Positions 1 to 12,444 of a stretch of DNA of 64,000 nt are shown in pieces. The stretch spans positions 744,001-808,000 of the forward strand of contig CM039004.1 of assembly GCA_017499595.2 (NCBI GenBank), written 5' to 3'. Position 1 is the first letter of the stretch. Every line of letters begins with the position of its first letter. This DNA is from Psilocybe cubensis (Eukaryota). The notes under the pieces were generated by a model that was given only the letters and a program-made list of their open reading frames with translations, was not told the origin of the DNA and made no database searches. The position numbers were made by a program, and so were the translations under genes.

Positions 1-100
1 TGCGCGCGCCACGCGTGTGTTGCGTATGCGCGCGCCACGCGTGTGTTGCGTATTGCGCGCGCCACGCGTGTGTTGCGTATGCGCGCGCCACGCGTGTGCG
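1..100. repeat. Tandem repeat, about 3.8 copies of a 26-27 bp unit (TGCGCGCGCCACGCGTGTGTTGCGTA); may run off the window edge
   Basis: Units start at 1, 27, 54 and 80. Confidence 0.9.
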
Positions 101-239
101 TGTTCGTCCAGATACAAAGAGGCGTCGATACGGGGAGGGAGGGGTATACAAATCTCACATGGATGTGTTTTGAAAAATAAAACTTGATTTCATTGTACAC
201 GCGTCACGGTAAACTCAGAGTGCCTGTCGAACGGGCCCT

Positions 240-626
240 TTATTCCATCATCTCAACGTCCTGATCATTCCCCTCCCCATCGCGCATCTCGACGTCGCTG
301 TCTTCGACGGTCCCCGAGTCCTCGATACGATTTTCGACTGCGACAACCTGTTCCTCCCGCTCTCGAATTTTGCCGTGAATCGAAACGACGGGTTTGGTGT
401 CGACTCGCCCGGTTGCGGGCTCTTCTACGCTGACAACGATCTCGACCTTGTTGTCGGTATCGACGTTGACGCCGATTTTTGCGTGCCCGTTGCGGCCATC
501 GACGGCGACGTTGAGCCTGAGGCCGTCGCGATCGATCGCGAGGCCGAATTGTACTCCTTGGGGTGCAAAAAAAAATTAACAGTGAGTACTTACTTTGAAT
601 ATTGAAGACTCACCTTGCTCATCCAT
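240..626 (-). CDS. Small hypothetical protein, two exons (MDEQG|VQFGLAIDRDGLRLNVAVDG...DVEMME*)
   Basis: ATG near 626, then a GTGAGT donor, a pyrimidine-rich intron ending in AG near 557, and an open frame to TAA at 240. No family recognised. Confidence 0.5.
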
Positions 627-1162
627 TTGTCGTCTTCCGTTAACTCTTGTTATGCCGTTAGAATGCAGTGGTGACTCGCTGGCGCGCTGTGGCGGGTTTG
701 GTGGTGGTGGTGGTGGTGGTGGTAGTTGAAAAGAAGCACGCGCCGCCATCGTTGATGACTGCGGCGCGCTTTTCCACGCCCGTTTTGGTCATCGTTGTCG
801 ACGATGAGCTCGATATCGACGAATTTTGAACGGATTAATGTAGTTATTACATGTATACGTAGAGAAATATAACGCTTACCGTGATTGGAACTTCGTTTGA
901 GCAATCGTATGTTATATTTAACACACGCGCCGGGCCAAGACATACGGCCCCTATGTCGCCCGGTTATGTAATGGCCGGTCAACCGGACTTATTGTAAACA
1001 TACGAAAATTATTACTTGAATTTGCATTGGTGAGCCAATAATTGTTTGGACATTTTAAAGCTAATAAAAATATTGCTTAACATTGTAAACCGGGCCCCGA
1101 AAATTGGGTGGGTTTGTAAGACTAAAAAAATATTGTATTGGATTACATTGCTTTGTAATCTA

Positions 1163-1180
1163 CTGTCTGTTTAGTTGATG
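1163..1180. mobile_element. Putative right terminus of a CATC-ended (CACTA/Plavaka-like) transposon extending to the left
   Basis: Reverse complement reads CATCAACTAAACAGACAG, the same CATC-N4-AAAC pattern as the ends verified elsewhere. It follows an AT-rich subterminal-like stretch and abuts the truncated zinc-finger ORF. The partner end is not in the window. Confidence 0.4.
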
Positions 1181-1489
1181 CATGCACTGTACTTTCGGTG
1201 CTGCGTGACTATCTGTATAATCAGTGCCAAATAAATCACCGGCAAAGACATCAGGTGTAATATTGGGTGCGACATCGGGTGCATCAGTTTGAGCATGGAC
1301 CCCTAAACCACCATCCGGACGGCGGTTGCATTGCACGGGAGGACAAATAGAAGCTTCAAATAAAATGCGGGCCTGATTGCACGCATTGGACAGGCTAGAT
1401 CCTTTTTGAAAATGCTGGATGAGATGGCCAGGGCGCTTGAATACTGTGAGACAACCCGTGCACTGCAGAGAATTTGCAGCATAAGACAT
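1181..1489 (-). pseudogene. Truncated N-terminus of a C2H2-type zinc-finger protein, probably a Plavaka transposase N-terminus
   Basis: CTGCLTVFKRPGHLIQHFQ..C resembles the finger at the start of the transposase at 15794 (C-P-x-C..F..ESRLLNHMNQ...C). The ORF is cut at the putative terminus at 1180. Confidence 0.5.
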
Positions 1490-2605
1490 CGTCCGAATGG
1501 TTGAGATAGAGCACTAGCAATCATATTCAAGTCATCTATGTAGGAACATCTGAACAGTAAACTGATTGAAATGCAAATCTACGCTCCGAATTTGGTAAGC
1601 CAGCATTCAAGTGCATCAATTGGGAAAAGGCCGTTCTGCGTACCTGAATGTCCCTCCAACCATGCATGTCGCATGTACTGCCAGCCACTGTCCTTGTATT
1701 CAAACCACTACTAAGTACCCACCATCGATATTTTTTCACCACCACAGGCCCTCTGTCGTCCCAATGCCGCAACAAAACTTGAATGTGCCACGGCCAAACA
1801 GAAGGCCAGGTGGTCGAGGAATTGGCACACTTACACCCAGTGCGGCGGTAATTGCAGACTCAGTGGTGGAAGGTGACGTGGCAGAGTATGCAGCTGGTGG
1901 ACCCCCAGTTCAGAGACGTCGTATGTATAAAGCATCACAATGGTGATTAGATACTCACCTCAGTCCAGCTCGCCGTGAAACCGCAGAAAGACTGTTAGAA
2001 AAACCAAGTCAGTAGTCAATGTGTGATATTATGCTGAATTTCCGAACTGATCTAGATGCCAAATGATAGCTTGGGTTCCAAAAAAGCCTCCCGTACCAAG
2101 AAAACCAAAAACTACAGCTCCAAATACCAAAAAATTGCAAGTTTTGCACAAGCAAGCAGCGTCCAGCGTAGCTGAACAGGATTTCAAACGAAGAAAATCT
2201 GACAAACAAGTGTTGAGTGAGCTGATATTGTCACATAATCAATTGATGCACAATATATTGACTATCCTGTAACAGATGAATCGGATTTTGATCAGGAAAG
2301 TGTTGCAGAATCCACGACAAGAAAAACAAATCTTAGCTCGCACACTGGCATGCGCCGTCACGCTCCTGCAGTAATTGATATTGAGGGACTTGATTCCAGC
2401 CACAATAGGCCAGAGCACTGGAAAGGACACCGCCTGCCTCCAAAATTGAGGGCAAAACACGATGCAAGGGCAGACAACACAATCTGTGAGTGCAATACCC
2501 ATCAACTTGTCAGGTGCCATGTGTTGTGTAGTAATTACAGTTATTTACCAGCAACACCCGCGGCAGCATTGCTTGACGGCACCGTCAAACCCAGCCTGCC
2601 TCGCA

Positions 2606-3789
2606 CATCGCGAAAACCGCCATAAGTTTGCCAGATAATACATTGCTAATAAAGGTAACAAATGGCACTAAGGACACAAAGATTATAAATGGCCTTACTT
2701 GTAAGCACTTACAAGTAAGGACACATTATAATTAGCAACATTGCAAATCCTTAGTAACTTTCGGTCATTCTTAGTTGACCTTTGAAGGCAGGGCAAATCT
2801 TTAATTGCCCTTGCAAAGCTGGGTAAGTTTGCAAAGATGTGCGCTCATTAATGAATCTTATTTCACTCTTTCTGGTTTGGCCGCCGGTATCCAGAAATGT
2901 ACAAATTGCTTATTAACCAACTAAATACAAATACACGTGTAGTAAAAAAAGCTACTGTAGAAGTCAAAACAGCAGAGCAAAAAAACTACACTAAAAGCAA
3001 GAATGAGACCGAGTGCGAGAATCAGATAGTTGGTCACCTTTGTGTTGAAAATGAGTACATTGTGGAATAGATGGTACAGAATATGATGTGCACTTACTAT
3101 CTGACCAGCCAAACCCAGTCCCACATGTGTGCTAGTACTGTTAGAACTGTATATGCTAGAGGTTATAAGGCAGGAATCTCACAAGTTAGGAAGAAATTCT
3201 TACCATTTAATTTCTTGAAGATGGGGGAAGTGAAAAGCCTTGACAGAGTCATTTTGAGTTGTGCGACGGTCTTTTAGAGTCCCCGTCCCCAATTTCCGTG
3301 GCCCCAATGTCTGACTCTATGTCATGTGATCTCTCACGGAACTTTGTCTCTGAGCTTGCTCTGAGCAGTGAGGAGCGCCCCGTGGTTATAAATATTGAAC
3401 AATCAATATAATAACTAAAAATCAATGAATAACCTACACTACTAATCTAGATATTGGTTTGCCTTTCAATTTTTAGGGAAGATTTCATTAACAAGGAAAT
3501 ATTTTTCTAAAGCTTTACAACACAATATAAGGCAAAGCATATAATTATATTGGAAAATAAGGTAGAATTTATAATTCTCTGATTATACATACATCTGAAA
3601 TCTTTTGCTATGACTTACAATAAGAACAAATATTAAAATCCCAAGCAAAGATCAGTTAATAATTCACTAACCTTTCAAAGGCAATCCAAGGTCAACAAAT
3701 GTTTTGATTGGCTTGGTAAGGTCGGCTAATTCCTGACTTACCTTAAAAGGGTACAAAGGCAATGCATGTTTTTGGCGGTTTTCGCGATG
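2606..3789. mobile_element. 1,184-bp non-autonomous CATC-ended TIR element with a 2-bp TSD
   Basis: Perfect 17-bp TIR CATCGCGAAAACCGCCA at 2606-2622 and 3773-3789. TSD CA at 2604-2605 and 3790-3791. The interior is AT-rich and noncoding, and excision restores the flanking reading frame. Confidence 0.9.
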
Positions 3790-3937
3790 CACAACAACAG
3801 ATAATCATCAACACGACGATTTTGATACCAACGATTTTGGTGACAAGGACCATCTTGAGGGGTGTTACAAAGAAGATGATGGCCTGTCTGCGGACAACAG
3901 CGAGACCCACGATGACGATGCGGAGGATACTCGAGAG

Positions 3938-6705
3938 GAGTGGTACCTACCATCTTTTTGATAAAACAATAGCAAGTGTTAGCACACTCTTTTTATAACT
4001 GTTGATGGTTTTATCACAAAGCAAAATAATGAGAAGACTGGTCTATTTCTCATAAGTTTACTTCGCTTTTTCAAAGCCTTTTTCATTAGATAATACCCTT
4101 CTTTCTCATTATCTTTAGGGCGCTTTTTCATTACCTTTTGATTAGATACTAGCCTGGTTATTTGATAAGATTGTTCTATATCAATATATCTTATCTTTGC
4201 TTGGTCATTTCTGATGCCATGCCATCAAATCAGGAACACTGTGGGTACTTCTAGGCCATGTCTATCAATCCATCAAAGCTATTATTAAATAAACTTTTCT
4301 CTCCTCGGCCCTTGGTCTATAAATAGTGCTCATCCTATGCTATTTTTGTGCATTGCTGGCAATGGATTGGGCGCTTTTGGGGGCATTTCTGGACCGTTTC
4401 CCTTGGTGTTTTTTGGTAGACCTATAGTTTTAAAGTGTCCCAATCCGAATATGAAATCAGAATTGCAATATCTTTACTCATTATTGTGCAATTAAGCGTA
4501 CGATGTTTTGATCAAAAAGCGCACCTTGAATAGCACCATCCAGGGGCTGGTATGCACCATTTTGACTATGCAATTATTTTTCATTTATAATAGACGGAGT
4601 ACAAGCCAAGTTTCAGATCAATTGGAGCAGTGGAACCTATTGAACTAGCATATGCATCCTACTTCTCCTCCTACCCCTTGTATGAATACCTTCCTGATCA
4701 GATAAATTCAAGCCCAACTGGGATAAAGTAGGCGCTTATTATACCAATTTTTAAAGCCTGAAATATTGGTGAAACTTCAAGATTTAAGGGTACTACCCCC
4801 TACTCCCTCCAGAACTTGTGTATTTTATTATGGGATAGGATGGGCTCTCAGACCATTGAAAGACATGTAGATCCACTACTAACAGTACATAGAGTCCAAA
4901 ATTTACCCTTGAAAGCCCTCTTCAACAAGGAAACATACTGATTTAAGGGGGGGTATGAGGATAGGTATGGTAGGTTATTGATCAGGCCATATCTCTACAA
5001 ATACATTGTCATAAATCATGTTCTTGACGTCTACAGATACCTATAGATGCCTCCAAAATATCATTTTCAGTGCCTAAAAAGATCCATCCATTAGATGAGA
5101 TACTGCAGAGAGAATACCAATCTTCATCAAAATGCACAGTATTTTTGCATTTACCATATATAAACATTCAAGATCAGGAAATATTAAAGCAGTATAGTAT
5201 AGCCCCAAAATGTAGCTTTCCAGAACATCAAGGATGTTGTGCATTGGACCAGTGGGTGTTGAGATATGGAAAGAAAGGTGTTGAAGAACCCATCAGAGAC
5301 CAGGATGGATATTGGCCTTTATTTATGCTTTGTTTGTGGTCACCTCTTTGGCCTTTCTCCGAGATACATTTTGACATATCTCAGCTCATACTCATCGGAT
5401 TTCTATGAGGCTATATACCACAGATAGGTATCATTTAGGGCTACACAGCCATATAGTTTATGTATTTTATAAGTGTTATCTTTTACATCATATTTCGCTT
5501 TTCCTCCATTTTTGAACAACAATGCTTCTTCTTCTTGTACCATCTTGTTAAGCGTTCTGGTCATTTGGAAGTATGAATATAATATGTAGAGGACCTTAGT
5601 AGCTATCTGTGAATGTAAGATATGTGCATTTTGGTGAAGTATAAGCGGTGATATGGTCATATTATGTTGTACATCCAATACCTTTTTATTAGCCTCATAA
5701 CCAAGGTGTTCCCCTTGACTCTGAATGCTTCAAAGATATGTATTGCGTCTGTGGTACTATATAGAGCAGATTTACATACCTATATGTGCTGGGAATGACC
5801 ATTCTACCCCATAATAAAATATACAAATTCTGGAGAGGATGGGGGGTAGTACCCTTAAATCTTAGAATTGCACCAATATTTTGGGCTCTAAAAATTGGTA
5901 TAATGGACGCCTACCCAGCCCTGGTTGGGCATAAATTTATCTGATCAGGAAGGCATTTGTACAAGGGGTAGGAGGAGGGGTAGGGTGCACATCCTAGTTC
6001 AATAGGTTCCACTGCTCCAATTGATCTGAAACTTGGCTTGTACTCCGTCTATTATAAATGAAAAATAATTGCATAGTCAAAATGGTGCATACCAGCCCCT
6101 GGATGGTGCTATTCAAGGTGCGCTTTTTGATCAAAACATCGTACGCTTAATTGCACAATAATGAGTAAAGATATTGCAATTCTGATTTCATATTCGGATT
6201 GGGACACTTTAAAACTATAGGTCTACCAAAAAACACCAAGGGAAACGGTCCAGAAATGCCCCCAAAAGCGCCCAATCCATTGCCAGCAATGCACAAAAAT
6301 AGCATAGGATGAGCACTATTTATAGACCAAGGGCCGAGGAGAGAAAAGTTTATTTAATAATAGCTTTGATGGATTGATAGACATGGCCTAGAAGTACCCA
6401 CAGTGTTCCTGATTTGATGGCATGGCATCAGAAATGACCAAGCAAAGATAAGATATATTGATATAGAACAATCTTATCAAATAACCAGGCTAGTATCTAA
6501 TCAAAAGGTAATGAAAAAGCGCCCTAAAGATAATGAGAAAGAAGGGTATTATCTAATGAAAAAGGCTTTGAAAAAGCGAAGTAAACTTATGAGAAATAGA
6601 CCAGTCTTCTCATTATTTTGCTTTGTGATAAAACCATCAACAGTTATAAAAAGAGTGTGCTAACACTTGCTATTGTTTTATCATAAAAAGTGGTAGGGAC
6701 TAGTG
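3938..6705. mobile_element. 2,768-bp non-coding foldback (long inverted repeat) element with a 7-8 bp TSD
   Basis: Arms 3959-4648 and 5994-6683 (690 bp) look like exact reverse complements in spot checks, with diverged symmetry continuing inward. TSD TCGAGAG(G) at 3931 and 6706. Excision restores the host frame. Confidence 0.9.
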
Positions 6706-8774
6706 TCGAGAGGCTGATAGGGCATTGAGATCAGAGCATCTCATGATGGAGGTACGTCTGCAAATCATTATGCTAGCTGGGTGAATCATTTACTCGGTGT
6801 TCTACTCGGTGTTTTTTAGACTGTCATAGAACATCATCCCAAAAAATCACCTGGTACTCGTCGAGCATCATCTCCACCTCCAACCACACCGGCCCTCAAC
6901 TCTGATTGTCACCCGGGACCTCCAACAACTGACGATGAACAGTTTTTTGAGTCCGAAGATGACAACACTCCCAGTCAGGCCAGTTTATCAATTGTTGTTT
7001 AAATCCCAGGCCACCCGTTTTTTTGGATTCAGAATCAGATGGCGGCCAATTGCCCCCTCACAAACTACAGAAAGTGGTGTGTCTTACTGAACAGACACTG
7101 CGAACGCTGTTGACTAACATGCACATGGACTAGCAAAAGCAGAAAGCATTTGAGAAGAAACTCGATGACGAGGTATGTTTTATTCTAGTGCTTATTTCCG
7201 CTACTCAATGTTTTTGGCTCTAGCGTCCCAAAGAAAAGTCACAAAACATTACCAAACTGCATAAACCACCAGCATCAACAACATCAAACAATGCTGCTGT
7301 CCCAGTTGCTCATGACAACATGAATTGGATGCCCCACACAGCGCTGGTGCTCACCAAAAAAGGGAAGTCGGTATATGCTGTGGGTATTAAAGAGCAATAG
7401 CCCGAGGTTCAAAAGGTCCTTCGGCACGCTTTTGAGGTCAGTGAGTCGTATATCGCGTATGGAATTTCATCAGATATTATAGCGCATATCAAAAATTCCA
7501 ATCCCACCTTCGTTATCCCAACCCCAATAGCCACTAGAGGTCTGGATTTCATTTCGCTCCAAGCTCTGATATCTTCCGCAGAGGAACTTGGTTTTGGAGA
7601 GGAGTACAACATTGTGCGCCGCCTCGAAACGGGTGACTATGCAACATATGTCAGGCCATTAACCATGCATGTGTGTATCCCCTGATTCCTAATACTTTTT
7701 TTGTGTATAACTGGTCATATAGGTTAGCCATCGCCTTGGTATTTACAGAACCACCTTGAGATCCAAGATTGCTGCTGTCGTTCCTGTGCAACTTCGTCTT
7801 GATCGTAACGATAAACGTCGGATTGCCTCACTGCTTGAGATGTCTAATTATATTTACCCTGAGTTGGGAACAATGGTATGCTTCCTTGATCTTATGTGGT
7901 ACAAAACTGACAGTTCTATATAGGAGTATGAACGCTCCAAACCCTTCCAATCGGACCTCATCACGTCCGCTATTAAGGTCGCATTTTTTGGTCCTGATAG
8001 CACAGCCACAAAGTTCTTGACCTTGTTCAAGTCATCGCTACCTGACAAACCAAAGGAGTTGGAAGTTCCAGCTAGCATGATTTCCATGGCTGCTACTGCG
8101 GTGAGCTTCTTAATTTTTTTATGTCGCATTAACCTTAGGCTGAAGGTAACCCACAGATTCACGCATATTTACTTCAAATGCAATTCATCAACCCAAATCA
8201 GGTCCTCGAGTTCTCGGGCACGACATTCAACCATACATATGAAATTCACAGCGGTCTACTCAAGGAAATTCAGGAGCGTAAGCCGATTGTGTACCATAAG
8301 ATGGTGCATAATATGTATCTCAAAATCACATATGTCTTACTTTTGTCTGTTCAATGTGGTATTGAGAACTAATCTGCGTAAATTAGTGGACTGTCCTCAA
8401 CTGCTAGGCTGATGGCCCAGCAGGAGATTATCAATTCGGTTGACTGGGACAATATGATTGACGAGTAGAGGTAGTTTACTGTAGACTACTAATGTTTTTT
8501 CTGTGTCTCGTAAATAGTACTTGTTTCTTGTCTGTCTATTGAGTGGGCCCCTCAATACATTCCATCAATTGTGTACATTTCATAGATACTGATATGAATT
8601 GTCGCCAATTATGGGCATTTTGACAGCTAATATTGCCCAATTATCAGACATGCATGGTAAGGGGACCGGAGAATTAGACCCTAATACAATCCAAACCAGG
8701 TAATGAAACTAATGTATCGAAATTATGCTAAAGGGCTCAATTATCTACCAATTCTAATGGTTTACAACCTAATT

Positions 8775-8797
8775 GGCATGGGGGGGTTTCCCTGATG
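8775..8797. mobile_element. Putative right terminus of a second large CATC-ended element containing the 1181-8468 genes
   Basis: Reverse complement reads CATCAGGGAAACCCCCCCATGCC. It follows an AT-rich subterminal zone after the DUF6532-like stop and directly abuts the open recombinase frame. The left end is not visible. Confidence 0.5.
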
Positions 8798-9471
8798 TTG
8801 ACCATTGATTCTTACTATATTATACAATCTAGTGTGTCTACCTGTGTGCTGGGTAATCCTGTTACACCACGTCGGTCACGCGCTCTTCTCCTCTCCCCCC
8901 TGTGCCCCACCTCTGCCACTGACTCCCCTTCTCAATGTTGGGCGCGACCATACCGTGTGGATCTTACACCAATTCCATCCCTGCTTCGCCCACACTGCCC
9001 TGCTGCAGACCGCCTGCTCAAATGGGTCCCAGCAACATTGCAAACTGCCTCTGATGCTGCGGGTTGTGCTGTTCCACTGTCTGAAGGTGATCTGGAACGT
9101 GTCCTCACCGTTCTTGGTGCTCGCTACGCGGAGGGAACCAGCAGTGCGTATGGCAGCACCTTACTGGTCTTTCATGTTTGGTGTGACCTTCGTGAGGTTC
9201 CCGAAGAGCAGCAATGCCCTGTAAGCAATATCCTCCTTCTTGCATTTCTGTCTTCGTGCGCAGGCATGTATTCTGGGGCACAGGTCACCAATATATCCTA
9301 TGGTGTTCGCGCGTGGCACACGCTTCATGGACACCCGCTTGTATACAGCAAGCTCGAAGTCGATGCAGCCCTCGCTGCTGGCAAGAAACTTGCACCCCGT
9401 TCATCTCGCCGTCCCAAGCGTGCACCTTTCACTCCTTCTGTCATTGAGTCCATACGGACTCACCTTGATCT
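8798..9471 (+). pseudogene. 5' half of a DIRS/Ngaro-type tyrosine recombinase
   Basis: LRPHCPAADRLLKW, TSSAYGSTLLVFHVWCD, YGVRAWHTLHG and RPKRAPFT are typical of basidiomycete YR-retrotransposon recombinases. It joins 35563+ in frame. Confidence 0.85.
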
Positions 9472-11222
9472 CATCTGTAAACTCTGATTTTCGGGCTATA
9501 GCATGCGGCTAGCTTTAGCGCCAAGCTCGGCTAGCGTGGTAGCGCCAAAGTGTTACATAACTTTCTTTTGACTTCTCTATAGTGCTTGGTAGCACTTGAT
9601 AGTCATCGACTCGCTATATAACCGCTGTTTGATAAATTTGTAGCACTACCTAGTAAGCGTACTTATTGTACCACTACCTAGCAAGGATATATATCAGTAG
9701 TAATTCGAGGTTTTTGTGTAGTAGTTGATAGGTCATTGCCCAAATAAAGCTGCTTTCGGTACTTATGGGAGTTCCAGTGGATAAACATAATGAAAAGATG
9801 AATGAATTAACAAAAGTAAATACCACATTTCATGTGTTACCAATATAAAACTACAACTACCGACTAATCTATGGGCATTCCAACTCGCGCGGTGGACAGG
9901 TAATCGTATACTAATATGAGCGATCCTGCCAAGGTGTCTGCTCGAGGCAATGAATATCCAGGCCGCGGAAAGAGGGCATGCCGTGTCGGGGCGCAAGGTC
10001 GCTAAGCTGGTTGCGGCAAGGCGATATGTGGTGTCTATATAGGTGAGTACGCCTTCAGCGCATTATAAAAGCAAATGCTCACCTAGAAACGCCACTTGCA
10101 GACCCGATATATTCTCTTTGAGAGATCCTACAATCCAAATCCAAGGTGAGCACTACAAAAGGTCAGTATAATAGAACAAATACAAATTTACTTCAGCTTA
10201 CCGGAGTCGATGTAGTGGCTTGGGTGCAACCGTTATGGTTCACAATGGACTAGGAGACGCAAAGCGAGAGGGAAGAGGGAAGGAGTGGGGGGGACAAGAA
10301 ACGACTCCGAAGGCCGTGTTGTTTTGGCAGAGGATTTGTATGACCTATGTGCCAGAAAGTCTATGTAGTGAATACAGCAGACACTAGTAGTACGTACCTG
10401 GATGTACAACAGCGAACCAACCAACCACCCTTCAAGCTTCAAGGCTCACCAATACACCCGCATGGACTCGACTCACGATGGGATGCTGGACGAGGGACGT
10501 ACTCTGCACAGGTCAGTCGGTGTGGGTGGACAAAAGCAGACATTTCTGGTACGTACCTGCATTCCCTTTCACAACCACCCACCCTGATACCCCAAAACCC
10601 CGCCAGTCGTGTGTTTGGCGCCGTCCGGTATGTTCTATGACAGAGGTGCACCTGCATTATGTGGGTGTGAGGCTGTCGTATGACTGCAAGCCACGAACGT
10701 ACCACCAAGATAACCCCACCACGCATCTCTCGCGTCTAAAGTGACGACTTGATGCATTGCGCTGTTTTTGGCGATGTGGATATCAGGGATAAATGACAGA
10801 GTGCATAAGTACAATAGAATTCGACTAAAATGTATGAGCACTTAGCAAATTAATTTGATTCTGTGATCCCTCGGATTTTGAGTCGAAGCGTTACAAAAAT
10901 CCAATTTTGAGTCTGTTATAATGAGTCTTAATCATTGAAGCTTAGAAAATCTTACCGCCTTGTGAACCTTGAGTTCCTAATCATATTGAACTCGCTGCTG
11001 AATAAAATTGCCAGTCAGTGGATGTAGTAAAAAGGGTGATAGCGCTTCACCTGTTGTTTCGTTTGTCAACATTTGACAAAGGCTCCCGGTATCCGCACAG
11101 CTTTTCTCTTTTCACCTTCTCCAACCACCACCACCCACCACCTCGCTTTCTTCTCCAACCAACGCCCGACCACTGCTCTCTTTACTACCAATTCACTCAT
11201 CAACTCACTTGCTCCTCGTACC

Positions 11223-11713
11223 ATGCCTGACTTGACAAAAATCGTAGACAAGGCCAAGCAATACATCGGCCTGGTCAAGCTGTTCAAGATCTTGGTTTTT
11301 GGGATTCTGGTCTTCTGTACGACAATCTTCGGAGACGTAATCGAGATCTGCCGTGTTCTCAACCGTTGGGTACTCGTTCAGAGCACAAAAGAGCTACACA
11401 AGAGTATGGTTGAAGGGGTCAGTTATGAGCAGTTGAGGGAAGAGAGGGTGAGACGTACTTTCAACGTCAAGATGTGTTCACAGAATCGAGGTGCGTGTAT
11501 TCGGCTGTACTTTATCGACATTCATAACTCTTTGCAGAATCGCGGGTCGTTATCGAGGGATCGATCCAGGAAAATACCAACGTCACCATCGGGGAGTTGA
11601 CCCGCGAACATTCGGGCGTCCCATTCGCGTTACATTTGCGGCGTTCCCGACTGACTCAGCCACGTTCACCAGTCCTTCCCGCAACAGAGCTCATCGTTCC
11701 ATATGACGTTTAG
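11223..11713 (+). CDS. Small hypothetical protein with one hydrophobic segment (cargo of the giant element)
   Basis: ATG at 11223, LFKILVFGILVFCTTIFG hydrophobic stretch, probable intron at 11491-11537, TAG at 11711-11713. Confidence 0.45.
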
Positions 11714-11985
11714 CACCCTGTTCTACATACACCACCACTTTCCCTTCGTTTCCTCTCATCCACCACTCAATTTTCTTGGTACCTTGCAATCATTTCACAT
11801 ACTTCTGCACTCTGTCTTCCCATGCTTTTTAACTGCTTTTGCTGGTGTGTTCTTGTACATAATTCTATCTTACAATATCTTGTTTACTGCTTGTTCTATA
11901 ACGGTTATACCTAAATCAACATTCTTGGCATATGATGTAATTGATTTAAGCGCGCGCTTACAAAAATCTAATCACATCAGATCTG

Positions 11986-12352
11986 TTTTTTTTTGTTTTT
12001 TTTTTGGTGGAGCATGCCAGCTCGAGCATCACCCTACACCCACAAAAACCCCTGTAGGTCGGATCCAGGCTTCCTGCAGGCCATCTCTGTCTGCAAGGAC
12101 CCCCCCCACGTAGCCTCAACTAGCGCTCTGTTAAGGCTCAGGCGACCAGTGTCTGTACCCTGGTTAAATATTGTGTAAAGCCACCAACCTCCATATTAAG
12201 GATCAGAGTGCGACCGTTCTGTGTTGGGTGGGACTTATTCCACTGGGCGAGTTGGCATCTAGTTTGCCCAGTACAGGACCCCATATCGCTGTCTGGTCGA
12301 CTTCATTCCCCATGTATGCTCCGAGTATGCGGGTCAGCCATCCCTCCATCAC
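11986..12352 (-). mobile_element. 367-bp internally deleted, 5'-truncated L1-like LINE copy
   Basis: Poly(T) followed by GGTGGAGC, like the full LINE 3' end. Encodes RILGAYMGN..WNKSHPTQNGRTLILNMEVGGFTQY fused to LNRALVEATWGGVL..GVFVGVG*, both homologous to the nearby ORF2. TSD TCACATCAGAT(C/T)TG at 11972-11985 and 12353-12366. Confidence 0.8.
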
Positions 12353-12444
12353 TCACATCAGATTTGTTGTTTTTTGGTGGGGCGCTTAAGTGACTGGTCT
12401 TTTTTGTCTCGTTATTTGACAACTTTGCATTATATTATATGTTA

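Larger units (their letters stand above)
1764..8468 (+). pseudogene. Multi-exon DUF6532-like gene, degraded and interrupted by two insertions (2606-3789 and 3938-6705)
   Basis: Removing both inserts restores one frame (..PSLPR|TTTDNHQHDDF..DTRE|ADRALRSEHLMME|gt). The C-terminal exons (LITSAIKVAFF..KFLTLFKSSLP..EVPASMISMAATA..LEFSGTTFNHTYEIHSGLL) resemble DUF6532. In-frame stops are present. Confidence 0.6.

Noticed and set aside
5070-5678. ORFs in the foldback core as a transposase
   Set aside because: Short, AT-rich and lacking transposase motifs.
8829-8835. CTAGTG as a CACTA element end
   Set aside because: No partner TIR or TSD, and the recombinase frame is open across it.
9860-10340. 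Possible small spliced minus-strand gene near the left TIR
   Set aside because: Splice-like signals are present, but I found no convincing start or recognisable product.
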